From contig CAWAGQ010000003.1 in NCBI GenBank assembly GCA_963781585.1, positions 1 to 64,000 of the forward strand: DNA of 64,000 nucleotides, given 5' to 3'. Both the position numbers and the translations under genes were made by a program. A model generated the notes under the pieces. That model saw only the letters and a list, made by a program, of their open reading frames with translations. It had not been told where the DNA came from and ran no database searches. Each line of letters begins with the position of its first letter. Within the stretch, counting starts at the first letter, position 1. Shown piece by piece: positions 58,696 to 64,000 of the stretch. Source of the DNA: an uncultured Gemmatimonadaceae bacterium. GTDB lineage: Bacteria > Gemmatimonadota > Gemmatimonadetes > Gemmatimonadales > Gemmatimonadaceae.

Positions 58696-61157
58696 GGCTG
58701 GGGGCCTCCAGCGGTTGCCAGCACCGGCGAATCGGCAACGAGGTCGGGGAGTTCCGCGGGCTCCGACCGGCTGGTGCGCGACGCACCGGTCGCCTCGTCG
58801 TACTCCACCAGGACCACGCGGTCGAGCTCGTCGCGCACCGAGTCGATATGGGTGATGAGCACCACCTGCTCGAACCGGTCCTGCAGGCCGCGGAGCAGCC
58901 CCACGACGTTGCGCCGCCGCAGCTCATCCAGCGACCCGAAGATCTCATCGAGCACCAGCAGGGAGAAGGCCTGGCCGGCACGCTCGGCGATCATCTGGGA
59001 GATGGCCAGGCGAAGCACCAGGTTCGACAGGTCCTCCTCGCCACCCGAAATCACCGGTTTGGGAATGCCTTCCTCGAGCACCACCACGTTGTACTGGTCG
59101 TCGAGCTCGAGCTCCGAATAGCGGCCATCGGTGAGCGCGTTGAGGAATCCGCTGGCGACTTCCGACAGCTCCGGGCGCAGCTGGAGGTTCAGATCGGTCC
59201 GGAGATCGGAGTACGCGCGATCCAGCTCGTCGTGCAGCCGCTTCTCCCGCAGCAACCGATCGTGCGTCTCCTGCATCCGCTCCATCTCCTGCCGCGACCG
59301 CTCGGCATGCGCCACGGCTTCGGCGACCGTCGACTCCTCGGCGGTGGCGGAAATCACTCCAGCCGCCGCGACGTGCGCTGTCTCGGCGGCGGCATCGTAC
59401 CGCGCATGGAGCTGCGCGTGCTCCTCTTCGGACGTGCGCGTACCCTCGTACTGGGCGCGCAGCGCGGCCACCTGGGCTCGCACCTGATCGAGGGCCTCCA
59501 GCGCGCGACCGCGCGCGGCGGTCAGTGTCGGCTCGCGCTCGAGCAGCGCGCTGAACCGGGTGACGCGTTCGTTCAGGGGCGCCAGCCGAGAGACCTCCTG
59601 GCGCAGCGCCTCGTGGCGCGCCGCGTCGTATCCGACCGGGAGGGCATCGAGATCGCGACGCAGCGTCTCGTGCCGCGCCTGCTTGCCCGCTATGTCGCGC
59701 CCCAGCTGCCCCAATTCCTGCACCGCCGACTGGACGCGGGCCAGCTGGCGTTCGAGGGTCGCCACCTCCTGGGTGAGCGCCCGACGCTGCGCATCCATCG
59801 CCTTCACCTCGTCCGGCATATCCTCGAGTTGCTCCAGGCGCGTAGTGAAGTATCGGCCGTCCACCTCGATGGTCTCGATCTGTTCCTCGAGCTGATCGAG
59901 AACCGTCCTGAAGCTCGCGCCCAGCACCCGCGTGCAGGTGGGACAGACGCCCTCCTCACCCAGGTCGACGATGCGGTCACGCTGCGCCTTGAGCTCCCCC
60001 CATTGCCGCCGCAGTGCGTCGCGCCTGGTTTCGGCTTCCTGTTTATCGCGTACCCATTCGGTGCGGCGTGCTTCCAGAACGCCCAACGCTTCCTCGAGGT
60101 CGCGGCGCTTGCGCTCCAGCCGTTCGGTGACGTCCTCCTCCAGCTGCGGTGCGCGGGCGATCGTGGTGTGGCGCGCTCGCAGGCGTTCGAGTTCGTCGGT
60201 CAGCGCACGCAGGGTCTCGGCGATCGCCTGGCGGCGTCCTTCCTCGCGGGCCAGCGCTTCCAGCCGGCCGAATTCGTCGACCACTTCGTTGAGGGGCGCG
60301 AGCTCGGCTGCCAGACGTTCCAGCTCGAGCCGGGCCGTGGCAATCTCCCGCAGCTCGCCGTCGATCCGCTCCAGATCGCGTGCCAGCGCGATCTCGTCAT
60401 TTTCACGCACCCGCAGTTCGGCCAGCATCGCCTGGCTCGCGTCTCGCGCGCGCTGTGCGGCTTCCCAGCGCGGCACCATGGCCGCGAACGCCGCCTCCGC
60501 CGCCTGGCGCCGCTGCACGGCCTCGAGACGCCGGCCGGCCGCCGCGGCGGCGCGCGTCCGCGCGTCGTCCAGCATCCTGATCACGGCATCCGCGTTCGGG
60601 AGCGCGCTCCGCAGACCGGCAATCTCCGCGGTGACCAGCTTGCGGCGCTCGCGAACCAGGCCCTGCGCTGTCCGCAGGCGATCGTAGCCCAGGACGCGCG
60701 ACAGGAACTGTGCGCGTTCCGTGGGCGCCATCGCCGCCATCACGTTCAGTTCATTCTGCCCGGTGAAATACGTGTGGAAGAACTCGGATCGCGTCATGCC
60801 CAGGCGACGCTGGAGCAACTCGGCCACGCCCGTGATGGTGCTGGCGATCGGCGCGCCGCCGCCGTCGAGGTAGAGTTCCGCACTCGTCAGGCCGCGCTGC
60901 ACGCGATAGCGATGCCCGGCCAGTTCGAAATCCAGCTCGACGCTCACCGGGGCCCGCGGTCCGGCGCGCGTGAAGCGGATCGAGTCTCGCGTCCCCCGCG
61001 CCGCCGGCTGCCCGTACAACGCCCAGGCGATCCCTTCGAGGATCGTCGTCTTCCCGCTGCCGTTGGGACCGATGATCCCGGTCAGGCCGAGATCGAACTC
61101 GACCCGCGTGTCGGCGTGTTGCCGGAAATTGACCAGGTGAACGCTGTTGAGTCTCAC
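58692..61157 (-). CDS. sbcC: SbcC/Rad50-type SMC ATPase
   Basis: GPNGSGKTT, coiled coil, CPTC zinc hook, ISGGE, LDEIFGSLD. Confidence 0.92.
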   Translation of the reverse strand: MRLNSVHLVNFRQHADTRVEFDLGLTGIIGPNGSGKTTILEGIAWALYGQPAARGTRDSIRFTRAGPRAPVSVELDFELAGHRYRVQRGLTSAELYLDGGGAPIASTITGVAELLQRRLGMTRSEFFHTYFTGQNELNVMAAMAPTERAQFLSRVLGYDRLRTAQGLVRERRKLVTAEIAGLRSALPNADAVIRMLDDARTRAAAAAGRRLEAVQRRQAAEAAFAAMVPRWEAAQRARDASQAMLAELRVRENDEIALARDLERIDGELREIATARLELERLAAELAPLNEVVDEFGRLEALAREEGRRQAIAETLRALTDELERLRARHTTIARAPQLEEDVTERLERKRRDLEEALGVLEARRTEWVRDKQEAETRRDALRRQWGELKAQRDRIVDLGEEGVCPTCTRVLGASFRTVLDQLEEQIETIEVDGRYFTTRLEQLEDMPDEVKAMDAQRRALTQEVATLERQLARVQSAVQELGQLGRDIAGKQARHETLRRDLDALPVGYDAARHEALRQEVSRLAPLNERVTRFSALLEREPTLTAARGRALEALDQVRAQVAALRAQYEGTRTSEEEHAQLHARYDAAAETAHVAAAGVISATAEESTVAEAVAHAERSRQEMERMQETHDRLLREKRLHDELDRAYSDLRTDLNLQLRPELSEVASGFLNALTDGRYSELELDDQYNVVVLEEGIPKPVISGGEEDLSNLVLRLAISQMIAERAGQAFSLLVLDEIFGSLDELRRRNVVGLLRGLQDRFEQVVLITHIDSVRDELDRVVLVEYDEATGASRTSRSEPAELPDLVADSPVLATAGGPQP

Positions 61158-62350
61158 TCCGGCTCCGTCGACACCGCCAGCGCCGATTTCTCGGCCGAAT
61201 CCGCTTCCCTGAGGTAGCGCAGCCCGAGCTCCACGAGCTCTTCCCGGTCGACATCGCTCTGGATCGGGCGGTTGCGCAGCTTGTCGCGCACGATCTCCAC
61301 CAGCGAGGGACGCCGACCCGGCGCGCCCGACGCCGACGTGCGGTGTACTTCCGGCCGCCGTGCATCCAGTTGAAAGTGCAGGGCGCGCCGCCGGTACTCG
61401 CGCAACAGCCGATGATCCAGCTCGCGAGCCACGTGACGCGGGATGTCCTGGATCACTTGTCGCACGATCTTCTCTTCGATGCCGCCCGCGACCTGATCGA
61501 CGTTGGCCCGGATCGCGGCGTCGATGTCGGCGGCGGTCTGGGCGCGCGCGCGCACCACCGGGAGATCCACCAGGCCGCGGGCCGACCTGATGCGGTGGAA
61601 GGTCCGTTTACCCGTCTCCAGGTCGAACTCCACCATCCCCTTGCCGCCCAGACGCAGCGCCTTTTCCTCGGCCTGCTCGCCCCAGATGTTCGAACTGGTA
61701 TACTCGATCGCTCCGGAGTAGAACGCGTTAGGCTTGATCTCGTGATATACGTGGTAGTGTCCCAGCGCCTGGTAACTCCATAGCGACGAGCGCAGCTCGG
61801 CAGGATCGAGCTGGCGCGCCGCGCGCTCGGGATCGGAGCCTGCCGGCACGATGCCCGCAACCGGACCGTGGATCACGAGGACGTTCCAGCGGAAGTCGGG
61901 ATCCGGACCGAGCACCACCTTCCCGACCGCATCGCTCGGCACCGCGAACACGGAGAGATCGCGCTCCGGGAACGAGATACGCCTGGCCTCCATGTCTGCC
62001 ACGTGGATGCCCAGTGGAATGAACAGCCGGAGGATGCATCCCGCCTCGACCGATCGGGGCGTATCGTGATTGCCAGCGACGATCACGACGATCGTGTCCG
62101 GGAGGGCGTGGACCAGGCGCGAGAACTGTGTGAACGCGTGCAGAATGGCCGGATTGGACGGCCGCACGTTGTGGAACACATCGCCCGCGATGCAGACAAT
62201 GTCCGGACGCAGCGCAATGATGCCATCGATCGCGTCGCGAACGGCGGACGCGACGTCTGCCTCCCGCTGGTTGATGCCGGCGGGAGTCTGCCGTTGGAAT
62301 TGCCGGTGCCCGAGGTGAAAGTCAGAGAGATGTACGAGACGCATGGTCAC
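61154..62350 (-). CDS. sbcD: SbcD/Mre11 nuclease
   Basis: SDFHLG, AGDVF, GNHD, LGHYH, YSG. Confidence 0.92.
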   Translation of the reverse strand: MTMRLVHLSDFHLGHRQFQRQTPAGINQREADVASAVRDAIDGIIALRPDIVCIAGDVFHNVRPSNPAILHAFTQFSRLVHALPDTIVVIVAGNHDTPRSVEAGCILRLFIPLGIHVADMEARRISFPERDLSVFAVPSDAVGKVVLGPDPDFRWNVLVIHGPVAGIVPAGSDPERAARQLDPAELRSSLWSYQALGHYHVYHEIKPNAFYSGAIEYTSSNIWGEQAEEKALRLGGKGMVEFDLETGKRTFHRIRSARGLVDLPVVRARAQTAADIDAAIRANVDQVAGGIEEKIVRQVIQDIPRHVARELDHRLLREYRRRALHFQLDARRPEVHRTSASGAPGRRPSLVEIVRDKLRNRPIQSDVDREELVELGLRYLREADSAEKSALAVSTEPE

Positions 62351-62555
62351 AGCGCTTGCATACGAGTCCGGGCGTCAGGCCGCGCGGCGGAGGCTCGCAC
62401 GTTCGGGCAGCCGAACGCCCAAATATAGATCGCCGCGTACCATACGGGATCGACAGCGCCAGATGTTTCCGGCCCCGGGCACGGACGCGCTGGCCCCACC
62501 CTGCTTCCCCATGGTGCGTAGGAACGCGGCAAGCTCCGGCATGACCCTCCCCCCG

Positions 62556-63401
62556 CTACATCGCCCGCATCCACTGCGAGATCGTCACCCTGACCCGCAT
62601 GGGAGGCTTGTTGCGGTCAGCGGGTGTGACCAGTGAGCGCAATGAGATCGTTGTCCGAGCGTCGGTAATCCACCCTCGACGTCGATCAACCAGAACGTGG
62701 CCGATGACCGTGCCCGACGTCTGGACCACCTCCGCCACCCGTCCCTTGTCGCCCTTCGATTCGGTCGGCCCCCGAGTGAGCCGACCGCGTAGGGACAGAA
62801 ACGCGAGTTCGCCGGATCGTGACAGGGAATCGAACTGGAAGATTGCGGTGAGGGTTGCCGCGCCCGACGGGTCGGGAGTCCCCAGGAGTGGAATCGCGAC
62901 AGTGCGGGTCCAGGTCGCTCCAGGCACCACTGGATGGGCGGGAAGGGTTGCCGGCATCTCCGCGAGCATGCCCCCAACCGTGGCCCCGCCGGCAGCACGC
63001 TTTCCGGCGAAGGTCGTCGAGCCGTCGGTGGCGACCCGAAAGCGGAGGCGCTGCCCCTGCAGCGCACGCGCCCAGTCGAGCAGACTGCCGGTTGCGGAAT
63101 GGGGCGGGCTGGCGACGCGGACCGAGTCGGTGAGCGCGAGTACAGTCGCACCTATGGAATCCGCGGATTCGATGATGAGGCGCGACAGAACGACAAGGGT
63201 GCTCGACTCGATCGACAGACTGTCGCCTGCCCCGTTCACGGCGCCGGACATCTCGACTGTCTGGTCAAGACGCAGGCGCAGCGTGTCGCCCGCGCGCGGA
63301 CGGAGCTTCAGCAGCACGGCACCAGACTGGGCGCCCGCATGCGCGGGAGGCGCCGGAATGCCCGCCACCAGGCCAGCGATCAGGACCGCGCATGATTTCA
63401 C
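62556..63401 (-). CDS. Hypothetical exported protein
   Basis: Signal peptide-like N-terminus, beta-rich. Confidence 0.6.
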   Translation of the reverse strand: MKSCAVLIAGLVAGIPAPPAHAGAQSGAVLLKLRPRAGDTLRLRLDQTVEMSGAVNGAGDSLSIESSTLVVLSRLIIESADSIGATVLALTDSVRVASPPHSATGSLLDWARALQGQRLRFRVATDGSTTFAGKRAAGGATVGGMLAEMPATLPAHPVVPGATWTRTVAIPLLGTPDPSGAATLTAIFQFDSLSRSGELAFLSLRGRLTRGPTESKGDKGRVAEVVQTSGTVIGHVLVDRRRGWITDARTTISLRSLVTPADRNKPPMRVRVTISQWMRAM

Positions 63402-63500
63402 CGGCTCATCCTGGCGTCGCGCTCCGGTGCGGCCGGCGGCCGGCGGCCCCGAGGGTCTGAGGCGTGTGGCGGGGATCGACGCATGGCGAGCGGCCCCGCA

Positions 63501-64000
63501 CTAGTCGCCGTACGGGTCATCCACCGGCGTGGCCCGAAGGGCGGGACGCGCCGGCCGGTTCTCGAGCGCTCCCTGGACCGTCTTGCGGAACTGCGCCTTG
63601 AAGAACGCCTTGACGTCGTCCGGCTTCACCCGAAGCGTCGCGTCGCGCGCCCGCAGCACATCATGCTCGTCGTGCAGCAGGCACGCGTCTTCCACAAAAC
63701 CCAGCGTGATCGCAGGGTCGAGGGTGCGCAGTGACCGCATGACTGCTTCCACCAGCGACGGCTCCTCTGCTTGTGGAAACCGCTCGATGCCGTCGCGCCC
63801 CGAGAGTACGGCCGGTCGGGGGAAGCGCACGAACACGGGCTGAGTAAAATGTGGGTGGCGCACCATCAGTTGTCCCTTCTCGAGGATGGCGAGCTTGGTC
63901 TTGGTTGCCGCCCCAAGGACGGCATAACCGGGAGTTGCCAGCTCGTCCGCGTCCATCCGGCCGTAGAGCGCCGTTCCTGCGTTGCCCGCCAGTCGCCGGT
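63501..64000 (-). CDS. C-terminus of a probable HerA-like ATPase (runs off window)
   Basis: Frame open to the window edge: AGNAGTALYGRMDADEL...LEKGQLMVRHPHFTQPVFVRFP, resembling (from memory) bacterial HerA C-termini; Walker motifs lie outside the window. Confidence 0.6.
   Translation of the reverse strand, partial: RRLAGNAGTALYGRMDADELATPGYAVLGAATKTKLAILEKGQLMVRHPHFTQPVFVRFPRPAVLSGRDGIERFPQAEEPSLVEAVMRSLRTLDPAITLGFVEDACLLHDEHDVLRARDATLRVKPDDVKAFFKAQFRKTVQGALENRPARPALRATPVDDPYGD

Overview
High-GC (about 68% by eye) bacterial chromosomal window, probably Gemmatimonadota; the taxon is inferred from the style of the RpoB/RpoC and r-protein sequences and is not verified. It holds the core tRNA(Thr-Tyr-Gly-Thr)-rpmG-secE-nusG-rplKAJL-rpoBC-rpsL-rpsG-fusA region plus cysS, pspA, uvrA, glpK, mtnA, recF-dciA-gyrB, pdp, ferritin, ligA, parA, fadD, queD and a HerA-like/Mre11/Rad50 block. 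Three things stand out. (1) A lasso-peptide-type RiPP cluster (RRE, B2 protease, cyclase, unannotated 46-aa precursor behind a sigma54-type promoter, HPr-kinase-like enzyme, nucleotidyltransferase) sits inside the str operon between rpsG and fusA, and its core peptide does not fit the usual ring rule. (2) Upstream of fusA is an array of about 33-bp units in which an invariant GTTACGC linker alternates with hairpins of different sequence but conserved pairing. (3) The octamer GCCTAACG/CGTTAGGC is strongly over-represented (17 exact copies counted by eye) and is embedded in core genes through rare codons.
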